From: Botryllus schlosseri
Taxonomy: Eukaryota
Reading direction: 5' to 3'
NCBI GenBank assembly: GCA_051294905.1
Contig: CM119385.1
Span: 18,724,001 to 18,788,000 of the forward strand
DNA length: 64,000 bases
Every line of letters starts with the position of its first letter. The stretch's first letter is position 1. This document shows positions 1 through 9,604 of this stretch, one piece after another. The notes under the pieces were generated by a model. It saw only the letters and a list, made by a program, of their open reading frames with translations. It did no database searches and was not told the origin of the DNA. Made by a program: the position numbers and the translations under genes.

Positions 1-512
1 GTAGGCTACCGTATTTTTCAAAAACTGATCATGCGCTATTTATATTAGGAAGCCATAGCAGTGTGCTTGGAAATACTTGAATTTCATGCTCGCCAGAACA
101 AAGGCATCGCACTCCGGCTTAACCATGAAATGTAGTTTGAGGATGTTGACTTTTGTTGAAGTCACTAGGCTGATAAGCCTTTATCCGCAGCTGCTATCAG
201 AAGTAGGATTCAATACTATATTTGTTTTAAATTGCTATTTGACCTGGATGTTAGGTCCGTCGCCGTTCTGTGATGGGGTCGAGACCAGTGTAGTTATGGT
301 GCATTATTATAGATCGTCTTTTAAATCAAGGAATTTGTCGTTTTAGCAATATTAAATATGATATTCGGTGATCCTTACGGCAAATAATCCGTGTGCTGTA
401 AATCATCTGCCAAGAAATGTGAGATCGATACTCTCTGCAGCAAACGAATCAATGATATATATTGATATCATTGGAACGAATAGACCGCAGATCGTCCAGT
501 GAAATCGAAAAT

Positions 513-545
513 CAGGGATATCTAGAACTATCAGGGATATCCCTG
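513..545. mobile_element. 33-bp hAT-type micro-insertion (CAGGGATATC... family)
   Basis: CAGGGATATCTAGAACTATCAGGGATATCCCTG, ends CAGGG/CCCTG, flanked by perfect 8-bp direct repeat TCGAAAAT (505-512, 546-553). Confidence 0.8.
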
Positions 546-580
546 TCGAAAATACCATTAACGCTACCGAACAATCAAGG

Positions 581-1141
581 ATGCTAGCTGTTTTGATATA
601 TATTTTTAAATTTTCAATCGTATTAGACCTGTTAGTTAGGATTGTAAGCAGTTACAAGCTGCCGAGTGGAATCGACGAGAAGACTCTCAGTTCTAATGAA
701 CTGGATCAACAAACAATCCGTCTATCTCCACCGCAGAAATGTTTTATCAAATTGCGATCGCCGGGTGACAAAAGAAAATATCTGACGCCATATCGAGGTT
801 TGATTATGGCAACCAGCAGTCAAAAAGTCGCTTGGAACTGCCACTACATGCTCGAATACTATTCGGCAGAAAGTTCTGGAATCACATACATGCTTACCTG
901 GGGTGACAAAGTTGTCTCTGTATCAAGTTCGTCGAAATCATCCAGGCTTATCTTGCGCCGTCGCAATAGCAAGAGCCTGGATCCCAATGATATATTTACG
1001 CACGTATACGATCCCCGGAGTGGTGATACTGTATTGAGAACATTTGCACAGTCCTATTATATTAGTAGCAACTTTTTTCTCGTGGCACTTACAGCTTCAG
1101 GAAGGTATGCGGCTACCATTGAAGTTCTTGGTGGTCCATAA
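581..1141 (+). CDS. Secreted beta-trefoil-like (IL-1/FGF-fold-like) protein, family member A, 186 aa
   Basis: Uninterrupted ORF, hydrophobic N-terminus (KFSIVLDLL). Shares C-x-I-K (KCFIKL), W-x-C (WNCHY) and IFxHxxDxRxG (IFTHVYDPRSG) with ORFs at 3645 and 24018. The fold is inferred from strand pattern only. Confidence 0.7.
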   Translation: MLAVLIYIFKFSIVLDLLVRIVSSYKLPSGIDEKTLSSNELDQQTIRLSPPQKCFIKLRSPGDKRKYLTPYRGLIMATSSQKVAWNCHYMLEYYSAESSGITYMLTWGDKVVSVSSSSKSSRLILRRRNSKSLDPNDIFTHVYDPRSGDTVLRTFAQSYYISSNFFLVALTASGRYAATIEVLGGP

Positions 1142-1541
1142 CTGACGAAAGCCCGTATGTATATTTATTGGGCACCACTGTATCAACGCTGAACATTTCA
1201 GTGCTCGAATATATATCGAGATGGGTGCTCACTGCTCGTACATATCGAGATGTAAGCTTTTGGCCTGCATGCGCCGGTGTTTCTCGGCAAAAGTCTTATC
1301 GCCGCCGGTAAGCACGTAGGTATCTGTAGTATGCGTAGGCCGTGCACTTTGCCGAGTCACTTGTTAAGCGATGCTTGATGTCTTGTTATCAGATCAGTAT
1401 CAGTATATCCGATTGCCAAATAATCTCAAACTTTATTGAGTGCAGCGCCAATGCCACTTATAAAGATCTGTGGAATACACACCTAAAATATGGAAAATTT
1501 TGAAATTTGTGAAGTATGAATTTATTCCACTGGGATCATCA

Positions 1542-2099
1542 TTGGGCTGGGCAAAATCGAGTAGGAATACTACACTGCTTCGGTTCTGAATCGAGTACCA
1601 CTCATTATGACGTCATATGAGTATGCATTATGTGGAAAGTTCAAAGGCTACCTTTCATGCGACCACAAAGACAGCATTGCCAATTCTACGATAGATTACT
1701 AACCTCCATAGGTTATTAATCTATATCTCTACTCCACACAAAGATGTTTTGGTATTTTTTTTCGGCCATAGCCTACCTAATTCATTACGCTTTATGACAA
1801 CGTTGTGGGTTGTTAAGAATGTTTACCGCAGAAATCTCATTCCTACTATAACGTGAGTAGCTTCGTAGGCTAACGTGCTTTGGATGCTGTGATACAACCA
1901 ATCGAGATTTCAACGCTTCCATGTTAGGAAAGAAGTACCGAAACTATTTAATTTTCGTTGATAATGTAAATATGAATGCATGTAATTTCAGTACTCGAAA
2001 GAATCGTCTCTCGCTACTCGACTCGAATTATAATTATAATAATTATAATAAATTCTAATTCTAATTAATACTCGATTCGGATTCGAGTGCTCAGCCCTA
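1542..2099. mobile_element. Old MITE-like element with TAGGGCTG-type termini
   Basis: TTGGGCTGGGC...ATCGAG at left, CTCGA...CTCAGCCCTA at right; no TSD recognisable. Confidence 0.4.
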
Positions 2100-3129
2100 A
2101 TTATAATTCATTACATAAATCCGTTCCACGATTTATATTTTTGTGTCTCTATAATGAGATATAAATTGATTTGTACACCAGCATTTTTACATCGCTGTAG
2201 CATCTCCAAAATATCCCAGTTCGATATTTTTCAGTTATAAGTCAAAATAAATTGAATTTCATGAACAATTTGCATTGCGATTGTCAAATACTGTAGTACT
2301 TTTTGACGCAGCGCAGCTTAATGACTTAGGCGTAGATATGACAGAGCTTGACAAAGATCAGAATTTTGAGCCGATACCTGTATAAGACAAATTTTCCTAT
2401 AAAGTTGATAACATAAATCGATTGTTTTAGTTCGATTTATACAGTTTTATAGAGTTGCGTCTCAGTTGCCGGGCTTGGGTTATGAATATCAGAGAGCCTG
2501 TGATCGTTTCGCGTCATTAACATAATAATGTAGGCTCTTTGGGCATTAAGTTGTGAGTTTGTGGATAAATGGGATTGTGGACAAATAAACTCCTACGATA
2601 CTCACACCACATGAAACCGTGACCTTAACCGCCAGCGCATCAGAATCAACAGAACAAATTCTTGACAGCTAGCTCCGGTAATACATATCAATATCATATA
2701 TACTTAATAATTTAAATTTATATTTTACACGTGTAAAATAAATTAAATAAAGTCAAACTACCACAGGTATTGGTATGAATAGAAATGCAATCAAAAATTT
2801 AGGGAAATAACGTTTACATAAAACAACTTCGTCGACAGAATCGTTTCAAAAACTTCGTATCAGCCAGACATACGATGTCTAATCTCTCCGGGCGGTGCTT
2901 TCTCACAGTAATAAAGTGCATATATTGCTATCAAAATACATAATAAAGGTAAATTTTAGGTGAAAATATATTCAGGTAGACACTCTCAAAAGTACCATGA
3001 TAGTGCCCAATAACATTTAGTCAGCGGATGGCGGATAGGGTTGCATTTAAAACAAGAATCAATTTGAAGAGCTTCTTGGAGGTACAGAACTTCAATATAC
3101 AATTAAATAGTATATTCATATTGAAATGA

Positions 3130-3163
3130 ACCCGAATATTTTCGGCTGACACTCGTCAGGGGT
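3130..3163 (-). ncRNA. Minimal type I hammerhead ribozyme (mirror copy)
   Basis: Exact reverse complement of 3186-3219 in the left arm of the palindrome. Confidence 0.75.
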
Positions 3164-3185
3164 AATCGACTAGTTGCTGACGATT

Positions 3186-3219
3186 ACCCCTGACGAGTGT
3201 CAGCCGAAAATATTCGGGT
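3186..3219 (+). ncRNA. Minimal type I hammerhead ribozyme
   Basis: ACCC-CUGACGA-G(UGUCAGC)C-GAAA-AUAU-UC-GGGU: stem I ACCC/GGGU, intact CUGANGA and GAAA core, 1-bp stem II, palindromic stem III AAUAUU, cleavage predicted after C3215. Confidence 0.75.
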
Positions 3220-3644
3220 TCATTTCAATATGAATATACTATTTAAGAATCAATTTAAAACAAACATGTTACAGACGTGACGTCACAGTGGACTGACATT
3301 GACAATTGCAAACATAGGATCTATATGTCTCCTTTGACGACAAAGGCTTCCGACCCCTACGGTTCAAAAATTATCTTTAACCAGGACTACATCGTAATGT
3401 AGCATCTTTGCGGTCGGCGGTAATCATCATCAAACAGCCATTCCGTACCAGTGATCTATTTATCTATACGTGCTATAACTGTTGAAACGTCGACAACTTC
3501 GAGGTATCCAACCACTCCATATCGTATACGTCGACTATATCGGGTGCAAATCGTCCGTGTTAGGCTCATACTACATGTTTGTTTACATTTTTCAATGGCA
3601 TTATTCTGAAAACACTGTTTAAAGCATGTTTCAAACAAAGTGCT

Positions 3645-4223
3645 TTAAAACACCCCAATGACGGAAGTATTTGTACACTGCCGACATGAACTGCTGCAGT
3701 TTACACCCACTTCTGCTGGATTTCCATTTCCTTCCCATTTCATCAGGGTGCATTCATCGTCTGTTTTCAGCAGCCCTCCGTTCAACTTCTTGTCGAAAGT
3801 GTGGCGGAAGAGTATTTCTTTTGCATTGTGATCTTCATTACGCAACGGCGCCTCTTTCCAACCTTTTGTCAATCTATATCCTTTCCGTGCGTTTCTGTCA
3901 ACCGTTAGGAATTTGCGCTGTCTCCCCCGTTGCAATGAAAATGCGTACCTATGTACGTGAGGCTCGTCTGCTTGGACGTATGAGTGACAAGTCCAGTGAA
4001 TTGCAGGTCTCATCCACCCATATTGTATCGCTAATATTTCTTCGTTCGATTTGACGTGACAAGGGTATTCTCCATAGTAGATCCATTTACTTGGGCGTGC
4101 ACCCGTTCGCTCGCCTGATCGGAGCACCGGCGAAGAGGTAACAAACATATTGTTTCTGTAACAGGTCATATCCAATATGAAAATCAACCACATTTTCCCC
4201 ACGCTCAATTTGAAGTTGTACAT
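3645..4223 (-). CDS. Secreted beta-trefoil-like protein, family member B, about 192 aa (start MYNFKLSVGK)
   Basis: ATG at 4223 follows an acceptor-like CGCAG|AA. Motifs PCHVKS, HWTCHS, LFRHTFDKKLN match members A and D. Signal peptide weaker than in A and D. Confidence 0.7.
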   Translation of the reverse strand: MYNFKLSVGKMWLIFILDMTCYRNNMFVTSSPVLRSGERTGARPSKWIYYGEYPCHVKSNEEILAIQYGWMRPAIHWTCHSYVQADEPHVHRYAFSLQRGRQRKFLTVDRNARKGYRLTKGWKEAPLRNEDHNAKEILFRHTFDKKLNGGLLKTDDECTLMKWEGNGNPAEVGVNCSSSCRQCTNTSVIGVF

Positions 4224-4786
4224 TTCTGCGAGTAGTCTATATTTCTTCAATCAACAGGTATCAATGAGATGGCAACCACCCATCAATGTCCGCCTTTATA
4301 TGTATTTTGATTTTTGCCGTAAAAGGGTATATATTTGCACATTATTTTTAACGATCAGATGTTTTTTTGCCCCTATGGGAACTATAACCAGAATCGATAA
4401 GATTTGGTGTGGGAGTCCGGTCGCCTGATAGGCCGTCTGTATGACGAATATCGCTTGTTTGTTTAAACATCGCTCGTGAGTTGAAGGGGCTACTGATATA
4501 GCACCATTACTAAAAATAATCCTTTCCGTCAGAATTCTCAAGACGCACGCGACAGTGCATGACGCATTACATTGCAGATTCAAGTGGCGGAAATATAGGC
4601 TGGCGTATCTATTGCCGTGTCATCCAATTATCGTCTGTACCGTACACAAAGCATATATATTACGCAATCTATACTTGCGTATAGCGCATAGTAAGTTAGA
4701 ATTACTGCAACCATATGAAGGAATCTTCTTTCATTCTAACTTCGGACACACTCTTTGTCATTCTAGATCACACAAATGCACACATG

Positions 4787-5304
4787 TGTAACGTACTTTT
4801 GATCGTAGCCTAGTTACGATAGTACGTTATATTTGGCTCGATTAGAGACTTGGCTGTATCAACTTAGACTGATCGAGTAGCTTGCTAACTCTATTCCAAC
4901 CACTACCTAGTTTCTATGCGTCCTATTATCCGAGCCTACCCCTGAGACACAGTCAAAGTAATTCAAGCAATTACAGAAATAGGAACACAAATTTATCAAA
5001 TGAAAGTCCACGTCTACTTCAAGGCAGCGGTTACAAATCGGTTAACAACAGTTAACTCTCTAGCTAGGCTAAACTGATAATCTAAATGAATAACGACAAT
5101 TAACTCAATGATGCACCAAACGTCCAAACAATACAATAATCGAATCCCTTATACCCCTAATTTTGACTAATTTGAATCACTGACAAAAAACTTATCACCA
5201 GCACCAAGCCTCAAACTGATTAACAAATCACGCGGGTACGGATGACCGCTAAAGTCACTATTGAGCTCCAAGGCTCATGGACACTCAACATTTCTCGTGT
5301 TACA
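4787..5304 (-). repeat. 3' LTR of BEL element (518 bp)
   Basis: TGTAAC...GTTACA terminal inverted repeat, directly abutting the polypurine tract. Confidence 0.95.
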
Positions 5305-5402
5305 TACCCCCCCACAGATGTAGGAATCACATTGAGTACATCGAAATTCAACATCAAACAACGAGAAATAACAAATTCACAAAGAAACAACTTCATCGAA
5401 AG

Positions 5403-6038
5403 CTATTCAGCCTTACATATCAAACACAACTTTGTCACTGGCCTACGCAATAGACCTTGAGAAGACATAACCCAAACTTGGCGAACGCAGCCGAGTTTGT
5501 CTTTGATAGTTTCAGTTACCCTTCCTGTGAGCCACTTCCCTCTTGGCTGTGTATTATCAACTATGAGGACAATATCATTCTGTTGAAGGTTCTCTTTGGA
5601 AGAAACCCATTTCTGTCGCACTTGCAAAGTTTGCAAGTACTCTCGCTTCCACCGCATCCAAAATTGTTCGGTCAAGAATTGGACCTGACGCCAACGACGC
5701 CTTGTATAGCAATCTTTGCGATTAAACAACCCCGGAACAAATTCATCACCAGATCTTGCGAACAGTAGATGATTTGGTGTCAATGGTGTATCGCTTTGTG
5801 CGTCCATAATCACGGGAGTAAGAGGACGTGAGTTGAGTACCCCTTCAACTTCACAAAATATAGTAGACATTACTTCGTCAGTAACTATTTGATTACTCAG
5901 CAAAGAAGAAAGTATCTGCTTGGCTGATCGGATCAGTCTCTCGAAAATCCCTCCAAAGTGTGACGCAGTCGGTGGATTGAATTTAAATTCAATGCCTTCC
6001 TGTCGATAGAACTCTCCCATCTTACTCGAGTTACCCAC
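5403..6038 (-). CDS. BEL/Pao integrase C-terminal part (after second frameshift)
   Basis: FNPPTASHFGGIFERLIRSAK, LNSRPL, FWMRWKREYL are BEL integrase and C-terminal motifs. Confidence 0.93.
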   Translation of the reverse strand: MGNSSKMGEFYRQEGIEFKFNPPTASHFGGIFERLIRSAKQILSSLLSNQIVTDEVMSTIFCEVEGVLNSRPLTPVIMDAQSDTPLTPNHLLFARSGDEFVPGLFNRKDCYTRRRWRQVQFLTEQFWMRWKREYLQTLQVRQKWVSSKENLQQNDIVLIVDNTQPRGKWLTGRVTETIKDKLGCVRQVWVMSSQGLLRRPVTKLCLICKAE

Positions 6039-9000
6039 ACTTTCATTTCCTCACGTAGTATTCTGTTGGTCGCGATAAAATTACCGCCATTGTCACAGGT
6101 AAGAGACTTGAATCGACCACGACGAGTCATGCAACGTCTCAACGCATTTATACATGAATCTGCATCCATTGAATGGACAATCTCCAAATGAACTGCTCGA
6201 GAAGCCATGCAGGTCACAATTAAACCCCAACGTTTTGGAGTGCTTCGTCCTTGTTTAATGATATAGGGTCCAAAGTTGTCTATTCCGACGTGTGAGAAGG
6301 GAGCATCATCGGACATCAACCTTTCCTTAGGTAAATCAGCCATAAATTGAGTCAATGTAGGTGCAGATCGCTTTTTGCAAATCACACATTGACCGAGAAC
6401 CCGTTTCACAGCTGTTATTCCACCAACAAGCCAATATTTCTGACGAAGCAACGTCCAAGTGTGACTAGGCCCACAGTGGTGAGAAGTTTCATGATAATAC
6501 CTGATGAGTAGGTCAGCCAAATGTCCCTTGGGAATGATGATCGGACACCTTGTTTCAAATTTCAGAGTGGAGTTTCGCAGACGGCCAATCACTCTTAGTA
6601 CGTTATCGACAAGGCCAGGATTTAACTTCAATAAAGAAGTAGCAATTTTGTGCTTCCGTATAACTCTTTTCCCTGGTTGGTCGGATAACGACGAAAGGGC
6701 AGCGATTACAGAGTTGTATTGCTTACCCTGGACATATCGTATCAGCGACATCGCTGCTGCTTCCATTTCACTGGGTGACAGATTGCCGTTTAGAGACGTT
6801 TGACCTTTGTCTTTCAACCATTTTTTGAAGCGTATCATCCAAGCAGTGGCCTTCAAGAGTTTATACCACGATGAGAATCTGCCCAAGAACCGATCTAGTG
6901 GCTCTTGTGTTGCCTGTACTGCACTGGCAACGATAGTTTTTGTTGAAACCAATTCATCTGGTAACTGAGGTAAGTTGATTGGCATGACAGGCCACTCACT
7001 CTGTTCTTCATATAGAAATTCAGGTCCATCGAGCCATACCTTGGATGTAACCAAATCTTGAGCATCCATGCCTCGTGACGCATAATCAGCTGGATTCAAT
7101 TTTGTCGGCACATAGCGCCATTGCTGCGGTTTCGAACCTTCCTCAATTTTAGACAATCGATTCGCTACGAATGTTGGGAATCTTGTGGATGTATTGTGAA
7201 TACTCTGTAAAACACATGTGGAGTCGGACCAAAAATAGGATTCCAAGCCTTCCATATCCAATTCCTTCCTTAGACATTGGTCCATTTTCTCCGCCAGTGC
7301 TGCTGCCGTTAACTCCAGACGTGGAAGGGTGCATGCTGCTTTCAGAGGGCAAATTCTGGCTCTGGCCAATAAAAGAGTGCAGCGCACTTTTCCAGCACCG
7401 TCCTTTACTCTGAGATAAGATGCTGTGCCATACGCTGACTTTGATGCGTCGCCGAAATGATGCAACTGCTTTGATTTAATCCCACCCGCGGTATCTCTTA
7501 GCATGTAACGATGTACTCGCAATTCAGATAATCTTGACAGGGAATCCGTCCACTTGCTCCACTTGACTGCAATGTCATCTGGAATCTGTTCATCCCAGGA
7601 GATATCAATCCGACATAAGTTCTGAAAAAGTAATCTTGCCGTCAGTATGACAGGACTCACCAATCCCATTGGATCATAAATTGAGCATAAAATGCTTAAT
7701 ACGCCACGTTTGGTTTTTGGCTTCGATTTCAACTCTATGCGATACAAAAAACAATCTTCTTGCACTGACCACTGCACACCCAGAACACGTTCTGGTTTAT
7801 CCTCATCCAAATCAATGTTAGATTGCAACGGAGCTCTGTCTTCCATTGGTATATCCTCAAGAATATCGCTGTGATTGCTTATCCACTTGGATAAGTGGAA
7901 ACCCCCTTGGGCTACCAATTCTTGAGTCTGTCTTGCCATTCTTCTACCCTCCTCTACCGTGTCAGCCGTTAAGAGAAAGTCATCAACATAGACGCGCCTT
8001 TCCACATTCCTTGCAATTTCCGGTGGGTAGTTTCGACCATAGTCAATAGCTGTTTGCCTTAAGCAATAGTTTGCACAAAATGGGCTGCAACTGTTTCCAA
8101 AGTTCATCACCATCATATTATATTCAACTGGTGCCTTTGCAAGGTCACCTCCAGGCCAAAACAGAAACCGAAGTGTGTTCCAATCTTTTTTACTGACTTT
8201 AACCATGAGAAACATCGCAGTGATGTCTGCCAAGATGGCATACTTCCCTTGACGGAATCTCAGAAGAACACCAAGTAGGCTGTTTGCCAAATCTGCGCCC
8301 TGGAGTAGTTGTTGATTCAAAGATGTATTCCGAAATTGAGAAGCTGCGTCAAAAACTAGTCTCACTTTCCCCGGCTTTCTATCAGAAAGCACAGGTTGAT
8401 GTGGCAGATACCAGGTCTTGTCTTTCGGTGCATCAATTTCATTTTCCGGCACAATACGGGCGAAACCTTTATCGATGAATTTCTTCATTTCCTCGCAGCA
8501 TTTTTCTTTCAAGACGGAGTCTTTGGACAGTCTTTTGTGCAAGCAAGACAGACGTTTCTCTGCAACTGGTCGGTTGTTTGGAAGCTTGGGACATCCTGGT
8601 CGCCACAGTAGTGGGACCTCATAATGCCCATCCACTCTTCTTATACCGTCTTTTACACAATTGAGTGCATAACGATCTTCTCTAGACAAGACGGGTTGGG
8701 GTGTCAAGGCCACATCTTTGAAGTCTGTATTCCACAAATCTTCAATTTGTTCTGTCAGTACGTCTTGAATTTGAATAAAGTTGATAACATCGACTTCAGA
8801 ATCACTTGTGGTTTCCGGCTTTGGTCCGACTAAACTCCAACCCCATGGAGATTTCTGTGCAACAGGTTCCCCCGAACGACCTTCCCTTGATTCTTCAATC
8901 CACAATGATTCACTTACATTAGAACCAATTAATAAATGAACTTCATCACATGGAAGACTGGGAAATTCAATCCCACTCAAATGAGGGTAGCGTTCAATAT

Positions 9001-9604
9001 CCGGATTTTCCTTATACTTGTTGGCTGAAGCAGGGATTTTGTCAATTGACAGCACGTGCTTGAGATTGACTCGACTGTTGCCTTCCAGTGCTTCAATACT
9101 TAAATCAACAAACTCACCAGATTGAGTCTTTGTTCCGTGTATTGTCATTGAAGAGTAGGACAGTTTCCGCGTCTTGGCAGACAACATTTCTGTCAAAGCT
9201 TTGCTGCAAAAGCACACACTACTGCCCGGGTCCAAAAAGGCCCAAACTTCGAGAAGTATACCGCTCTGAGAATGAACTCTCACCGGAACAACATTCAAAT
9301 ATACTCCCCGTCCAAGGATCGTTGAGGCGAAGGATCGCGGACCAACAACAGAGTTTTGAGCCCCTTCTTCATCGGCGGCATTGTTCTCACTTCGATGCAA
9401 AAGGGTATGATGCTTTCCAGCTTTGCAAGACTGCACAGTACAAGCGTTTGGCCATCTACATGTTTTCGCGATATGTCCTGGTATAAAGCAATTCGCGCAA
9501 ATATTACTGACTCTGATCAGTTTATATTTATCCTCCGGGCTTTTCTTTGAGAATGAAGAGCAGGTTTTAAGCGAATGACTGCCATTACAGTCGGGGCATA
9601 CCAT
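5933..9604 (-). CDS. BEL/Pao Zn-knuckles + protease + RT + RNase H + integrase N/core
   Basis: CPDCNGSHSLKTC, CANCFIPGHIAKTC, AFLDPGS, YVDDFL, FGDAS, LPRLEL, WSDST, NPADYASRG, GIDNFGP, RAVHLE, CDNGGNF. Confidence 0.96.
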   Translation of the reverse strand: MVCPDCNGSHSLKTCSSFSKKSPEDKYKLIRVSNICANCFIPGHIAKTCRWPNACTVQSCKAGKHHTLLHRSENNAADEEGAQNSVVGPRSFASTILGRGVYLNVVPVRVHSQSGILLEVWAFLDPGSSVCFCSKALTEMLSAKTRKLSYSSMTIHGTKTQSGEFVDLSIEALEGNSRVNLKHVLSIDKIPASANKYKENPDIERYPHLSGIEFPSLPCDEVHLLIGSNVSESLWIEESREGRSGEPVAQKSPWGWSLVGPKPETTSDSEVDVINFIQIQDVLTEQIEDLWNTDFKDVALTPQPVLSREDRYALNCVKDGIRRVDGHYEVPLLWRPGCPKLPNNRPVAEKRLSCLHKRLSKDSVLKEKCCEEMKKFIDKGFARIVPENEIDAPKDKTWYLPHQPVLSDRKPGKVRLVFDAASQFRNTSLNQQLLQGADLANSLLGVLLRFRQGKYAILADITAMFLMVKVSKKDWNTLRFLFWPGGDLAKAPVEYNMMVMNFGNSCSPFCANYCLRQTAIDYGRNYPPEIARNVERRVYVDDFLLTADTVEEGRRMARQTQELVAQGGFHLSKWISNHSDILEDIPMEDRAPLQSNIDLDEDKPERVLGVQWSVQEDCFLYRIELKSKPKTKRGVLSILCSIYDPMGLVSPVILTARLLFQNLCRIDISWDEQIPDDIAVKWSKWTDSLSRLSELRVHRYMLRDTAGGIKSKQLHHFGDASKSAYGTASYLRVKDGAGKVRCTLLLARARICPLKAACTLPRLELTAAALAEKMDQCLRKELDMEGLESYFWSDSTCVLQSIHNTSTRFPTFVANRLSKIEEGSKPQQWRYVPTKLNPADYASRGMDAQDLVTSKVWLDGPEFLYEEQSEWPVMPINLPQLPDELVSTKTIVASAVQATQEPLDRFLGRFSSWYKLLKATAWMIRFKKWLKDKGQTSLNGNLSPSEMEAAAMSLIRYVQGKQYNSVIAALSSLSDQPGKRVIRKHKIATSLLKLNPGLVDNVLRVIGRLRNSTLKFETRCPIIIPKGHLADLLIRYYHETSHHCGPSHTWTLLRQKYWLVGGITAVKRVLGQCVICKKRSAPTLTQFMADLPKERLMSDDAPFSHVGIDNFGPYIIKQGRSTPKRWGLIVTCMASRAVHLEIVHSMDADSCINALRRCMTRRGRFKSLTCDNGGNFIATNRILREEMKVWVTRVRWESSIDRKALNLNSIHRLRHTLEGFSRD

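Larger units (their letters stand above)
3066..3246 (-). mobile_element. Penelope-like (PLE) pseudo-LTR fragment with inverted duplication
   Basis: Perfect 66-bp inverted repeat (3103-3168 / 3181-3246, 12-nt spacer) plus a 37-nt one-sided tail (3066-3102), bounded by direct repeat AAGAATCAATTT (3054-3065, 3245-3256); hammerhead core in each arm. Confidence 0.65.
3036..3652. mobile_element. hAT MITE family A copy (TAGGGTTGCATTTAA TIR), right TIR lost, carrying a palindromic insertion
   Basis: Left TIR at 3036; body similar to 21233-21660 and 45624-46044; right end stops about 20 bp short of the TIR, overlapping the stop codon of ORF 3645. Confidence 0.75.
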
